From Lysobacterales bacterium (GTDB lineage Bacteria > Pseudomonadota > Gammaproteobacteria > Xanthomonadales > SZUA-5): DNA of 64,000 bases. The notes beneath the pieces are model-generated. The model was not told the DNA's origin and did not search any database. It worked only from the letters and a program-made list of their open reading frames with translations. A program made the position numbers and the translations under genes. This document shows, in pieces, positions 37,801 through 47,553 of the stretch. The stretch is taken from assembly GCA_022844165.1 (NCBI GenBank), contig JALHMH010000004.1, positions 96,001 to 160,000 on the forward strand, in the 5' to 3' direction. The first letter of the stretch is position 1. Each line of letters opens with the position of its first letter.

Positions 37801-38258
37801 AGGGCAACATGCGCTGGACGCTGGGCTCACGCAGCGGCAGCGAGCCAATTCAATCACTGTTGATCGGTAGTGGATTCGCCAATCCTGATCGAACCGGAAC
37901 ATGGTTTGCGCCGAGCGAACCTGGTTGGGGACTGAGCATTCATAGCGACGCTAACGTGCGTGCGTCGGTGCTGTATTTCTACGATGGCAACGGTCAGCCG
38001 CGTTGGTCACTGGGCGTCGGCACAAATAGCGCGACGGAAGTTCTGACGATGCTCAACTATCGGGGTTTTTGCCCGGATTGTCCGTTGGTTACAACGACGA
38101 CAACAACCGCGGGCCAGATCAATTTTTCTTACAGCGGAGAGCGTGCCGGGCAAGCCTCAACCGACGTTGCCAGTGCCGCAACGCCAAACGCGCGGTGGTT
38201 GCGCAGTGCTTCGATCGCACCACTGACGGAAATGGCGCTGCGACCAGAGCAACACTGA
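34872..38258 (+). CDS. YVTN-type beta-propeller plus diheme cytochrome c (CCP/MauG-like) protein with the same duplicated C-terminal domain
   Basis: Signal peptide from ATG 34872; VVNHVSDSISIVD and other propeller repeats; CASCH and CGSCH; KVPQLRN...FHDGS; C-terminal GLWFNPARSGHG/GTWFAPSEPGWG repeats. Confidence 0.8.
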   Translation: MVRWVAASLMLAMTSAFAEVPYVNFENHPVRALSLSPNRQLLAVAHTSDARVQLIDVSGESPLAVGHVVVGFDPVAVQWRNDGELWVVNHVSDSISIVDVTARRITRTLATGDEPFDIVFAGNRAFVSCSQVNQVQVFDLNALHVAPQVVSINGEDPRALALSRDGQTVYAAIFESGNASTILAGSFSGINPGIPNVVSDPRGPYAGQNPPPNRGTSFDPPVHPARTPPRVSLIVKRNAQGRWMDDNNGDWTNFVSGPQAAASGRRVGWTLGDRDIAAIRVSDLQVSYITGLMNIGMALAVNPGSGEVTLVGTDARNEVRFEPIINGKFLTVALARLNASGSIVSDLNPHLIGQPATVATALRERSLGDPRAIVWNGDGSRAYVAGMGSNNVVVIDASGSRVGAPIRVGTGPAGLALDGIRNRLYVWNHFEASLSQIDTATNTERSRLALFNPLPTAIREGRAFLYDTQRTSGGGQVSCASCHIDARMDRLAWDLGDPSKPPQVFDQNCITQVGQPRCEDFHAMKGPMTTQTMQDNIGHEPHHWRGDRAGIEAFNPAFEELLGDDVELTRNEMQAFEDFLATIHFPPNPFRNFDNSLPTSLPLVGHYTSGRFAMAGQNFPPGNAVRGTELFTTGLLDNVFQCGSCHTLPTGMATNGPLLLGVLGFPVGGRVMPMGPNGENHLGVVSTDGSTNVSIKVPQLRNQHEKVGFEMSQLDNNAGFGFFHDGSVDSLAKFLSANVFSVRSDQDLADLIAMNLAFSGSEFPQPNAPLGAPAPLSKDAHAGVGQQISVGASVPTRAAEMLAQARAGRLDLIVRGDRGYVFDRSSDSFTPDDGSVAVSVSALQALAATSAQTWTAVPRGMGRRLGINRDGDNVLDGVEIRQGSNPADASSTTLRALAGLWFNPARSGHGLDVQHAGSNMVATWYTYNDDGSPTWYLSVGPRANPYVATLRRFTWNGSAAVEQSVGDIRLEFSSATQGNMRWTLGSRSGSEPIQSLLIGSGFANPDRTGTWFAPSEPGWGLSIHSDANVRASVLYFYDGNGQPRWSLGVGTNSATEVLTMLNYRGFCPDCPLVTTTTTTAGQINFSYSGERAGQASTDVASAATPNARWLRSASIAPLTEMALRPEQH

Positions 38259-38262
38259 TCCC

Positions 38263-39429
38263 TCAACGCGCCGCGCACCAACCGGCGTAGTCGATATACG
38301 CAGCGTTCGCACGTCCTTGGGCGCATCGGGCGCAATCGGGATCGGCTTTCAATCGGATTTCGCGCAGCGTTGAGTGTAAGAAATCGATGGTCAGCAGGCG
38401 CCCGATCAGCGGTGAACCGATTCCCGCGATCAGCTTGATGGTTTCACTGGCTTGCCATGTACCCATGACGCCGGGTACGACGCCAAGCACACCCAGCTCT
38501 GCGCAATTGGGCGCTTCGTGACTCGGCGGCGGCTCGGGAAACAGGCATCGATAGCACGGTGCTTCGCCGCGCGCCGTTGCGGGATGGAAAACGCTGATTT
38601 GCCCCAGAAAACGTTCAACTGCGGCATACACCAGAGGCTTGCCGTGATTGAGCGCAGCGTCGCTGAGCAGATACCGAGTCGCCAGGTTGTCCGAACCATC
38701 GATGATGACCTCGCAGCCATCGATCAGCGCGTCGATATTGTTCGACTCGGCGCGTTCGGCATGCAACTCCAGATTCAGTGCCGGATTCAGCGCTGTCAGC
38801 GTGGCGGCCGCAGACTCCACTTTGGGTCGGCCGATGCGCGCCGCAGTGTGCACAATTTGTCGTTGCAAGTTGCTGCTATCCACGCTGTCGCCGTCGGCGA
38901 TGCGCAGGCTGCCGATGCCGGCTGCCGCGAGATACAGGGCGGCAGGTGACCCCAGGCCACCCGCGCCAACCAGGAGCACACGCGAGGCCTGCAACTTGCG
39001 CTGGCCATGAATGCCCAGCTGCGGCAGGGCGATTTGTCGCGAATAGCGCAGGCGCCAATTTGCGTCGTCCGCGATAAGCTCGACCGGCAGGCCCTGATCG
39101 ATCCACGCGCGCATGCCGCCCCGCACGACGCTGATCTGTCGATAGCCAAGGCGCCGCAGCGATTCGGCGGCCAGCAGCGCACGGCCACCGGCGGCGCACG
39201 TCAGCAGCACTGGGCGCTCCGGCGATGCATAGCCTTCGACTTGAAACTCGAGTTGTCCGCGCGCGATGGTGCATGCGCCAGGGGCAATCCCGCTTGCCCA
39301 CTCATCAGGTTCGCGGACATCGATCAACAACGCGCCGTGGCGCTGCTCGGCCAGCGCTTGCGCCGGTTCAAGGAGCTGAAACTCCGCGCGCAGTTTTTCC
39401 AGCCATGATTCGCGTTCGCTCACAGACAT
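38263..39429 (-). CDS. moeB: Molybdopterin-synthase adenylyltransferase with N-terminal rhodanese domain
   Basis: IDVREPDEW, CAAGGR, RYSRQ, VGAGGLG, SNLQRQ, CYRC, DPDCARC. Confidence 0.92.
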   Translation of the reverse strand: MSVSERESWLEKLRAEFQLLEPAQALAEQRHGALLIDVREPDEWASGIAPGACTIARGQLEFQVEGYASPERPVLLTCAAGGRALLAAESLRRLGYRQISVVRGGMRAWIDQGLPVELIADDANWRLRYSRQIALPQLGIHGQRKLQASRVLLVGAGGLGSPAALYLAAAGIGSLRIADGDSVDSSNLQRQIVHTAARIGRPKVESAAATLTALNPALNLELHAERAESNNIDALIDGCEVIIDGSDNLATRYLLSDAALNHGKPLVYAAVERFLGQISVFHPATARGEAPCYRCLFPEPPPSHEAPNCAELGVLGVVPGVMGTWQASETIKLIAGIGSPLIGRLLTIDFLHSTLREIRLKADPDCARCAQGRANAAYIDYAGWCAAR

Positions 39430-40652
39430 TGCACCCAGACCCGTTCGCCCGCACGGCATTCTTGAGCGCCAGTGGGCAGGTAAATCAGAGCATTCACGTC
39501 CTTCAGACTCAACAGCCGATGTGGCTGTTGGTTTGCGAGTGGCTCAACGCAGGCATTGCCGTTTGCATCGATACGCCAATGGCCGCGCTGAATTTCAGCA
39601 CGCGGATGCGATTTCAGCAGGTCGCGCGACAGTCTCATGTGTTGTCGAGCCGGGCTTTGAGCATGGCCGGTTGCCATCAGGCGCAATGCCGGTGCTACCA
39701 GTGCGTGAAACAGCGAGAACACCGATGCGATATTGCCCGGCAGACCGAAGAGTGGAGCGTCGCCCCAGCGACCAAACAACGTTGGGTGTCCAGGTTTGAG
39801 CTGTAGTTGCCAAAAATGCACCTGCCCGTGTTCTGCCAACAGCGGCGGGAGCAGGTCCATCTCGCTGCTGGAAACGCTGCCGCTGGTCACGATCAGATCG
39901 GCGCGCGCCGCAATTGTCGTTAGTGCCTGGGCGATCTTTTGTGGATCGTCCGGCAGCAACTCCCGACATTGCACGACGCCACCCGTTTGTTCGATCAAAG
40001 ACTGCAATAGTGCATTATTACATTGATAGACGTGGTCTTTCGCGCAGGGCTGGCCCGGCTCGGTCAGCTCGCTGCCGAGCCCGACGATGGCGACGCGCGG
40101 CGGAACGTAGACCCGTAACGGTTGAACGCCGGCTGCGGCCAGTAACGCCAGCTGCACGGGCCCGATGCGTTCGCCGCGGGTCAACAAACGCGTTCCGGGG
40201 GCGGCGTCTTCACCCACCACACGCACGTTGGCGCCTCGGCTGGGAATGGCCGTTGGCGTCAGCACGGCCGCACTGACCATGCAATGTTCGTCGACGATGA
40301 TCGTGTCGTAGCCCTGCGGCATGGGAGCGCCGGTGGTCACTCGAACGGCGCTATTGGGTGGCGCTTCGCCGCGATAGGCGCTGCCGGCCTGGGCTCGGCC
40401 GACGACGCTCAGGGCGCTTCGGGCCGCCAGTTCATCGTAGCGCACCGCAAAGCCATCCATCGCTGCCTGAGAGAATGGCGGCCATGGTCTGGCAAGAATC
40501 ACATCGTCGGCCGAGTAACGGCCCGCTGCGGTGTACAGATCGACGCGTTCTGCATACGCTGCGCGCCCGCTCAGCGCCGCACCGACCAATTCCTCGGCCG
40601 TGCTCAATGGGATGTTCTTCGGGTAGGGCGCGGCGAATGGGTCGATGGCCAT
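39420..40652 (-). CDS. moeA: Molybdopterin molybdotransferase (gephyrin-like)
   Basis: AAMDGFA, VTTGAPMP, NVRVVGED, KPGHP, LPGN. Confidence 0.88.
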   Translation of the reverse strand: MAIDPFAAPYPKNIPLSTAEELVGAALSGRAAYAERVDLYTAAGRYSADDVILARPWPPFSQAAMDGFAVRYDELAARSALSVVGRAQAGSAYRGEAPPNSAVRVTTGAPMPQGYDTIIVDEHCMVSAAVLTPTAIPSRGANVRVVGEDAAPGTRLLTRGERIGPVQLALLAAAGVQPLRVYVPPRVAIVGLGSELTEPGQPCAKDHVYQCNNALLQSLIEQTGGVVQCRELLPDDPQKIAQALTTIAARADLIVTSGSVSSSEMDLLPPLLAEHGQVHFWQLQLKPGHPTLFGRWGDAPLFGLPGNIASVFSLFHALVAPALRLMATGHAQSPARQHMRLSRDLLKSHPRAEIQRGHWRIDANGNACVEPLANQQPHRLLSLKDVNALIYLPTGAQECRAGERVWVQCL

Positions 40653-40664
40653 TTTGCGCTAACG

Positions 40665-42047
40665 CTACCGCTTGACGTGCCGCATCAGCCGTTGGCGCTT
40701 CTTCTTCTGCCGATCGGTTAACTCGTTACGCTTTTCAGCGAACGGGTTAGCGCCGTCCCGAAACTCCAGGACCAGCGGAGTGCCGGTGAGACGAAATTTT
40801 TCACGCAACGACTTTTCGAGATAGCGGTGATAAGAACCCGGCAGCTTCGACAATCGCGAACCGTGAACGATGATGCGCGGCGGGTTACGGCCGCCTTGAT
40901 GCGCGTAACGCATCTTGGCCACGCGGCCCTGGACCATCGGTGGCTGGTGCTTTTCGAAGGCCTTGTTCAGCGATTCCGTGAGCTCGGTCGCCGAGAACTC
41001 ACGTGTTGCAGCGCGGTGGGCCTGATTGACGGCCTTGATCAGTTCGCCCAAACCTGAGCCATGCAGTGCAGAGATCGGAATCCGCTTGGCGTAATCGACG
41101 AACGCCAGCCCCCAGTCAAGACGAGAGTTGACCAAGGTACGCTCACGTACGGCCAAACCGTCCCATTTATTCACGGCGAGCACCAAACCTCGGCCGAAGT
41201 TGACCAACTCACCTAACAGGTGCGCGTCCTGATCGGCGAATCCTTGCTGCGCATCCAGCATCAGAATGACGACATGGGCGTCGTTGGCGGCTTGCAGTGC
41301 CTTGATGACGCTGAACTTCTCGACCGTCGCTTCAACGCGTGCGCGTCGCCGAATGCCGGCCGTATCGATCAGCAGGTACTTTTTTCCGTCGCGTTCCATC
41401 GGAATACGCACCGCATCGCGTGTCGTGCCGGGCATATCCATCGCGAGCACGCGCTCTTCGCCGAGCAATCGATTGACCAAGGTGCTCTTACCCACATTCG
41501 GGCGGCCAATGATCGCAATGCGAATGCGCCCGTCGTCGCTTACCGTGGTATCTACCGCTGGCAACAGGCCGTCCAGGTGTTCGACCAATTCGCCGATGCC
41601 GGCGTGATGGGCGGCGGAAACAAACAAGACATCGGCCAGGCCCAGGCGCGAGAACTCCGCATGCGCATCTTCGATACGTACGCCGTCGATCTTGTTGACC
41701 ACAAGTGTGATCGGCTTGGACAGTGCGCGCACTCGGTTGGCGATTTCAATGTCGTCGGGATGCAGTCCATCGCGCGCATCGACGATCAGAGCCACATGAT
41801 CGGATTCTTCGATGGCCTGCCAACTTTGTGCGCTCATGCCCTTGGCGAGCAGGTCTTCGCCATCGGTCAGACCGGCGGTATCGACCACCATGAACGGTTT
41901 CTCGCCGCGGTGGGAAATGCCAAAAAGGCGATCTCTTGTCACGCCCGGCATGTCGGTCACGATGGCATCGCGAGTACGCGTCAGCGCGTTGTAGATCGTC
42001 GATTTGCCGACGTTTGGCCGGCCGACTAACGCGACGACGGGCAGCAT
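40665..42047 (-). CDS. der: Ribosome biogenesis GTPase Der
   Basis: Two GRPNVGKST G-domains with DTAG and NKID/NKWD; start ATG 42047 (alternative 42068). Confidence 0.97.
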   Translation of the reverse strand: MLPVVALVGRPNVGKSTIYNALTRTRDAIVTDMPGVTRDRLFGISHRGEKPFMVVDTAGLTDGEDLLAKGMSAQSWQAIEESDHVALIVDARDGLHPDDIEIANRVRALSKPITLVVNKIDGVRIEDAHAEFSRLGLADVLFVSAAHHAGIGELVEHLDGLLPAVDTTVSDDGRIRIAIIGRPNVGKSTLVNRLLGEERVLAMDMPGTTRDAVRIPMERDGKKYLLIDTAGIRRRARVEATVEKFSVIKALQAANDAHVVILMLDAQQGFADQDAHLLGELVNFGRGLVLAVNKWDGLAVRERTLVNSRLDWGLAFVDYAKRIPISALHGSGLGELIKAVNQAHRAATREFSATELTESLNKAFEKHQPPMVQGRVAKMRYAHQGGRNPPRIIVHGSRLSKLPGSYHRYLEKSLREKFRLTGTPLVLEFRDGANPFAEKRNELTDRQKKKRQRLMRHVKR

Positions 42048-42121
42048 GCTGGGGCTATTGTCGTCCATCGATCGGTGTCTTGGGTTGCCGTGAAAGTTGG
42101 TGGGTTGGACTTGGCGCTGAC

Positions 42122-42146
42122 GCCCTCCCTCGACTTCGGGGAGGGC
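42122..42146. repeat. GC-rich intergenic hairpin (REP-like or mRNA-stabilising)
   Basis: GCCCTCCC-9 nt-GGGAGGGC between bamB and der; no U tract. Confidence 0.35.
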
Positions 42147-42261
42147 ATCGGCAGACAACGATTGCGCTCAACCAATGTAACCGCCGACGGCTTGCGGCCA
42201 TGATCGTTGTGTACGGCGATATGGGCCCGCGTTCGCGGCGTTGTCGGGTCTGGATGAATCC

Positions 42262-43398
42262 TTAGTTGATTCGGTAGGCGCCGAGGGCGCCGTCGTTGTT
42301 TTGCGCATAGACGACACCATCGACCGAGATCAGGCCACTGCCAAATCCGGCGTCGCCCAATTGCGTGCGCGCGGCCAGTTCTCCGCTGCTGCGCTCTACG
42401 ACATGCAAATAACCTTCAAGGTCGCCAACAACGAGGAAGTCACCCACCAGAACTGGCGTCGACAGCATTCGGTGCGCCAACAGATCGATTTTCCAAAGGG
42501 ACCCGCCCGTGCGGCGATCCAGCGCCCAAACTTCGCCATTGGCGGCGATCGCGAACACCGCATCGTCGCCGGCAGCCACGCCAGCAACACTCGATAGCTC
42601 GCGAGTCCACAAGGTTCGGCCGCCGTCGCTGGTGAGTGCTTGCGCAGCCGATGCGTAACCGGCGACGAACACGTCGCCGCGTTGAATGGCAATTCTGCCG
42701 TCGACGTCGATCATGCGTTCCAGGTCGGTGCGCCCTTCCGCCACGCCGACGGCATGCTCCCAAAGGACCCGGCCATCATCGCGTGCAAGCGCCGTCACCT
42801 TGCCGCTGGCGCTGGCGATGATGACGCGATCGCCGCTGATCACAGGCGGCGCGTTGCCGCGCAAACTGAGCGTCGGTACACCACGATCGACAGCCCACAA
42901 CAGTTTGCCGTCTCGCGCATCGAGTCCATGTGCACGACCATCATTGGCGACGATGACAACCAGGTTATCGTCAATGGCTGGCGCCGTTACCACTTCTGAA
43001 GAGACGCGTGCCTTCCAGCGTTGTTCTCCCGATTCTGGATCGAAGGCGTAAACGTCCCCTTCAATGGATCCGACGACCACGATCGTCAGCGATGCGGCGG
43101 GTCCGCCGGTCAACCCCTCGATTTTCTGATTCCAGAGCCGGGCGCCGTTGGCGGCATCGAACGCAACGATCCCAGATTCGATGCCCGCTGCAAACAACCG
43201 CCCACCGGCAAAAGCGGGCGTCAACTGCGCGCCCGTCCGGGCGGCGCCATCGCCGAGGCTGCTGGCCCACAGTTTTTCGATGGAGGCCTTTGCCTCAAAA
43301 TCAGCCAGTGGCGTTGGCGGTTCGATGTTCTCTTTTTTTGCGCTGTCGCTGCATGCCGCCAGCGCCAGCGCGATGATCAGCGGTGCGCAGAATCGCAT
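42262..43398 (-). CDS. bamB: Outer membrane protein assembly factor BamB
   Basis: Lipobox LAAC; PQQ-type propeller repeats; LSLRG; GRTDLERMIDVD; synteny with yfgM and der. Confidence 0.95.
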   Translation of the reverse strand: MRFCAPLIIALALAACSDSAKKENIEPPTPLADFEAKASIEKLWASSLGDGAARTGAQLTPAFAGGRLFAAGIESGIVAFDAANGARLWNQKIEGLTGGPAASLTIVVVGSIEGDVYAFDPESGEQRWKARVSSEVVTAPAIDDNLVVIVANDGRAHGLDARDGKLLWAVDRGVPTLSLRGNAPPVISGDRVIIASASGKVTALARDDGRVLWEHAVGVAEGRTDLERMIDVDGRIAIQRGDVFVAGYASAAQALTSDGGRTLWTRELSSVAGVAAGDDAVFAIAANGEVWALDRRTGGSLWKIDLLAHRMLSTPVLVGDFLVVGDLEGYLHVVERSSGELAARTQLGDAGFGSGLISVDGVVYAQNNDGALGAYRIN

Positions 43399-44135
43399 CA
43401 GCCTTGCTCCGTTTTCGCTGAAGATGCTTCGACTGAGGCCTCGGGCACAGGTGCCGGTGCAGCTTCCGCCTCAGGTGTGAGCGCGGCGGCCGGAGCGCTT
43501 TCGATAGACGCGATCAAGTCGTCGCGCTTGATTTCCAAGGTGCGTCGCTGAGGCGCAGCGCTGTCGGTCGCCGCGAGCGCCTTGTCGAATTCCCCGCGAG
43601 CTTCGCTCAATTGTCCAAGCGCCACATAAGCGTCACCTTTGACCGTCGCGATCTCGGCCTCAAAGCCCTTGGCCGCCATGGTGCGTAATCGGTCGAGCGC
43701 TTTTTGCGCCTCACCTTTGCTGATGAGCAGGCGGGCCATTCGCAAGGCCGCTACAGTGCGCACACCATCGGGTTTGCCATCTTTGCTGACGAACTCAAGA
43801 AAACCAATCGCTTCATCGATCTTGCCCGCGGTCGCTGCGGTTTCCGCTTGTTCCAACGCTGCCAGGGAAGCGTGCGGCGCGTTCGAGAAGTTCTTGCGCA
43901 AATCCGCGGCCAGTTTGGTGGCGAGTTCAACGTCCTGCTTATCGACAGCCGCCTGAAACTCCTCGAATTTCAGCAACGCTTCAGCACGATGATTAACTTG
44001 CGATTGTTGCCAGCGCTGCCAGCCCAGCAATATCGCGAGGCCGAGCAAAATACCGACGACAATGGAGCCGCCGTTCTTCTGGAGCCATTGTCGTGCGCGT
44101 TCGCTTTGCTCTATGGAATCGAGTTCGTCGGCCAT
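43398..44135 (-). CDS. yfgM: YfgM family TPR protein
   Basis: EQSERARQWLQKNG, single TM segment, LRMAR, KGD. Confidence 0.9.
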   Translation of the reverse strand: MADELDSIEQSERARQWLQKNGGSIVVGILLGLAILLGWQRWQQSQVNHRAEALLKFEEFQAAVDKQDVELATKLAADLRKNFSNAPHASLAALEQAETAATAGKIDEAIGFLEFVSKDGKPDGVRTVAALRMARLLISKGEAQKALDRLRTMAAKGFEAEIATVKGDAYVALGQLSEARGEFDKALAATDSAAPQRRTLEIKRDDLIASIESAPAAALTPEAEAAPAPVPEASVEASSAKTEQG

Positions 44136-44232
44136 TGTGTGATCTCAGATGGTACAGTTGCGGAAAATTTTTTGGAGGCGACATGACGCCGCCCTCCAGC
44201 CCAGAGCATGCGCGATAAAGCCTCTGGATTTG

Positions 44233-45099
44233 TTAGCCGTCGCTGGACTCGCTGCTCGCGCCGCGCTGTTTGGCTTGCCAACCGTCGCCTGACGCCGTCA
44301 CGTCGAACCGTGCGACATTGCCTCGGGCGTAACCAGACAGATCCAGCGACTGCCCATTCACATCCACCGCCACGCCGCGCACGTTGCCGATGCGTACCGA
44401 TAACGGACCGCCATCAAACGTCCGCCGATCGCCGGCCTTTACGACGCTGTAGAGCAATCGATCGCCCGCCGCGTTGGTGACTTCCACCCAGCTATCCTGT
44501 TCGAATCGCATGTCCAGCACGTTCTGCACCGGTGTTGCAGGACGGACTGCTTCACGCGAGGCAAACGGACTCAATGATGCGATCAGCGGCGCCTCGGGCA
44601 CTGGCGCTGGCAGCGGTTCGGGTTTCACGCTGGTCGGAATCGGTACATTCGGCGTCGGTGCGGGAATCGCAATTCGAGGTGCATCCGGTACACCGAGCTG
44701 CGGTGTGTTGGTGACGAGCCAGTTCACTGCCGTCAGTGCCAGCGCCGTACCGACGGCATAGGTACCTGCCCACTTGTATCGTTCGAGCCAGGAAACGCGG
44801 CGTGCAACTGCGCCCGCTGCGGGCAACAGAACAGGCGTTTCGCTGATTCGCATTGCGTCGTCGACCATCGATTCTGGTGCGCCTACGAGGCGCGCGTAAC
44901 TCTTTAAAAAACCCTTGAGGTAAACAGGCGATTCGTTGCCAGCACCCTGTTCCAGGTTCTGCACTTGCCCTGAGGGCAAATGGAGCCGCTGGGCAACCTC
45001 GTCAATCGACCATTCGTTTGCCACTCTCAATGCGGCAAGTCGTTGGCCCAGTTCAGCCAAACTGGCGGGCGTGTTGTCGTCCATGATTCGCTCGCTCAT
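44233..45099 (-). CDS. rodZ: Cytoskeleton protein RodZ
   Basis: N-terminal HTH, GFLKSYAR, TM segment, C-terminal DSWVEV...IGN (DUF4115). Confidence 0.9.
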   Translation of the reverse strand: MSERIMDDNTPASLAELGQRLAALRVANEWSIDEVAQRLHLPSGQVQNLEQGAGNESPVYLKGFLKSYARLVGAPESMVDDAMRISETPVLLPAAGAVARRVSWLERYKWAGTYAVGTALALTAVNWLVTNTPQLGVPDAPRIAIPAPTPNVPIPTSVKPEPLPAPVPEAPLIASLSPFASREAVRPATPVQNVLDMRFEQDSWVEVTNAAGDRLLYSVVKAGDRRTFDGGPLSVRIGNVRGVAVDVNGQSLDLSGYARGNVARFDVTASGDGWQAKQRGASSESSDG

Positions 45100-45851
45100 T
45101 GTTGCTGCGCTTCCAGAGATTTTGCCTCTTCCGAGCGCGGATAGGCGCTGGCAAGACGGCGACGATAGTCCTCAGCGCTGGCCAGATCGCCCAGCGCAGT
45201 CTCAATTTGTACCCCCAGGAGCAGCGCTTCGGCCGTAGCGACGCCGCTGGCATCGTAGCGCTGCATAAAGGCCCGCGCGTTCAAATGATCGCCACGAGCG
45301 TGCAATACCGCTGCCATCGGATACAGTGCAGACACATAGTTCGGTCTACGATCCAGTGCCTGACGCAGATAGTTCTCGGATTCTGCGAATTTCCCCGCCG
45401 ATTTTGCGCACATGCCGGCGTTGGTCATGGCGACCTCAGGCGTGCGGTAGTAAGGGTCGGCCATCGCACGGCGGAATGCTTCGTCCGCCGTTTCGAACTT
45501 GCCCTGACGACAAAGAAAACTGCCGTAATTGTTGTTCATATCGCCGTTCTTGGGTGCGATCTCAACGGCGCGTCGAAAGTGGAGCTCGGCCTGCACCGTG
45601 TCGCCAATCGTATCTTGCAGGAATCCGGCGACGGTATGCGCTTCGGGCGAAAACGGATCTAAGTCGAGCGCTTTTTTGAGCTTGTCGCGGGCGACATCCA
45701 GCTGGCCTTTCTTCAAATACTCCTGCGCCAATTGCACGTTGAGAACGGCGGCTTTCTTTGACTTCTCGGAACTTGCGCCAACAAATCCACCACCCATTCC
45801 TGCACATCCGGCGAGTGCTGTGGCGAGTATCAGAAACAGCATTCGTTTCAT
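45096..45851 (-). CDS. pilW: Type IV pilus biogenesis/stability lipoprotein PilW (PilF)
   Basis: Lipobox LAGC; TPR repeats; NNYGSFLC; PYYRTPE..NAGMC. Confidence 0.92.
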   Translation of the reverse strand: MKRMLFLILATALAGCAGMGGGFVGASSEKSKKAAVLNVQLAQEYLKKGQLDVARDKLKKALDLDPFSPEAHTVAGFLQDTIGDTVQAELHFRRAVEIAPKNGDMNNNYGSFLCRQGKFETADEAFRRAMADPYYRTPEVAMTNAGMCAKSAGKFAESENYLRQALDRRPNYVSALYPMAAVLHARGDHLNARAFMQRYDASGVATAEALLLGVQIETALGDLASAEDYRRRLASAYPRSEEAKSLEAQQQ

Positions 45852-46948
45852 GCGTGCATCTCCGCGTCTCTTCGCGCCATGGCGCTGCGTCGGGTGCGGT
45901 CAAGAACGTTGCCGACCAACTGGCCGCATGCGGCATCAATATCGTCGCCGCGCGTTCGACGCACGGTTGCGATCAAACCAGCCTCCATCACAATCGCCTG
46001 AAACTGTCGGATTGTGGCCTCATCCGAGCGTTCATAGCGTGTGCCAGGGAAAGGGTTGAAGGGGATCAAATTCAGCTTGCTTGGCATTTTCCGCAACAGT
46101 TTGACCAGGGCGCGCGCATGCTCCGGCTTGTCGTTGATGCCTTTCATCAAGGTGTACTCAAAAGTGATCGATGCGCGGGGGCGGGTCACCAAATAGCGTT
46201 GGCAGGCGGCCAGCAACTCAGCAATCGGATACTTCTTGTTGAGCGGTACAAGTGTGTTACGCAGTTCATCGTTGGGAGCGTGCAGGCTGACGGCCAGACT
46301 GACGTCGCACGCTTCACTGAGTCTATCAATACCCGGTACGAGGCCAGCTGTACTCAGCGTTACTCGCTTGTTCGCCAGCCCGAATGCGTAGTCGTCGCGC
46401 ATCAGATTCATGGCCGGCACGACCGCATCGAAGTTTAACAGCGGCTCGCCCATCCCCATCATCACCACGTTGGTCAGACGACGGTTCGTTTTCGCGTCAT
46501 GCCCAAGCGCTTGCGCCGCCAGCCACACCTGTCCGATGACTTCGCTGGTCGACAGATTGCGATTAAATCCCTGCGTTGCGGTTGAACAAAACGTGCAGTT
46601 AAGAGCACAACCCACTTGCGAAGACACGCACAGCGTGCCGCGCGTCGGTTCCGGTATGTAAACGGTTTCGACCGCATTCCCGCCAGAAATATCAACCAGC
46701 CACTTCGCGGTGCCGTCAGTGGACACCTGCTGAAACTTGACGGTCGGCGGGCGAATTTCGCTGTGCGTCTCCAACTTGTCACGCAGTTTTTTGCCGACGT
46801 CAGTCATCGCGCCGACGTCAGTGATGCCGTGATGGTAAATCCATTTCATCAACTGATGCGCGCGAAAGCGCTTTTCGCCGATGGACTCGAAAAAGGTTTC
46901 GAGCCCAGTGCGGTCGAGATTCATCAGATTGATGCGTTCACTCGACAT
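45848..46948 (-). CDS. rlmN: 23S rRNA/tRNA adenine C2 methyltransferase RlmN
   Basis: [33 protein letters not shown]. Confidence 0.98.
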   Translation of the reverse strand: MSSERINLMNLDRTGLETFFESIGEKRFRAHQLMKWIYHHGITDVGAMTDVGKKLRDKLETHSEIRPPTVKFQQVSTDGTAKWLVDISGGNAVETVYIPEPTRGTLCVSSQVGCALNCTFCSTATQGFNRNLSTSEVIGQVWLAAQALGHDAKTNRRLTNVVMMGMGEPLLNFDAVVPAMNLMRDDYAFGLANKRVTLSTAGLVPGIDRLSEACDVSLAVSLHAPNDELRNTLVPLNKKYPIAELLAACQRYLVTRPRASITFEYTLMKGINDKPEHARALVKLLRKMPSKLNLIPFNPFPGTRYERSDEATIRQFQAIVMEAGLIATVRRTRGDDIDAACGQLVGNVLDRTRRSAMARRDAEMHA

Positions 46949-46954
46949 GTCAGA

Positions 46955-47374
46955 TCAGCACAACTCGATCGAGGCAAAGAAGTAAGCAATTTCGGCGGCC
47001 GCGGTCTCGGCAGCGTCCGACCCATGCACCGCATTGGCATCGATCGACTGCGCAAAGTCGGCGCGAATGGTTCCCGGCGCGGCTTTTTTAGGGTCAGTTG
47101 CGCCCATCAGCTCACGATTCATGGAGATGGCGTTGTCGCCCTCCAGAACCTGGATCATGACTGGACCGGAAATCATGAACTTCACCAGATCGGCAAAGAA
47201 GGGCCGGTCTTTGTGGACGGCGTAGAAGCCCTCAGCCTCGCGCTGGGAGAGTTGTTTGAGTTTTGCACCCACGATCTTCAGCCCGGCCTTTTCGAAGCGG
47301 GCATAAATTTCGCCGATGACATTCTTGGCAACGGCATCTGGTTTGATGATCGACAGCGTACGTTCGAGCGCCAC
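46955..47374 (-). CDS. ndk: Nucleoside diphosphate kinase
   Basis: [27 protein letters not shown]; GTG start with GGAG RBS. Confidence 0.97.
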   Translation of the reverse strand: MALERTLSIIKPDAVAKNVIGEIYARFEKAGLKIVGAKLKQLSQREAEGFYAVHKDRPFFADLVKFMISGPVMIQVLEGDNAISMNRELMGATDPKKAAPGTIRADFAQSIDANAVHGSDAAETAAAEIAYFFASIELC

Positions 47375-47553
47375 GTTGGAACTCCTGGAGTTGTGGGAAA
47401 GTCTGAAGACTTGCCGCCGTGGTCTTTTTAGCTGAGAAACACCCAGGACTTTACCACGGAAACCCACAAAAATCGCGGGCTTGGCCGGCAGAATTGCGGC
47501 GGAGTCTAACGATGGCGCTCCTGAGAGTGCAACGCGCCCGATGCAAGCTTGGT

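Noticed and set aside
44136-44232. Absence of ispG/hisS between rodZ and yfgM
   Set aside because: As far as I recall this shorter gene order is normal in Xanthomonadales, so it is not treated as novel.
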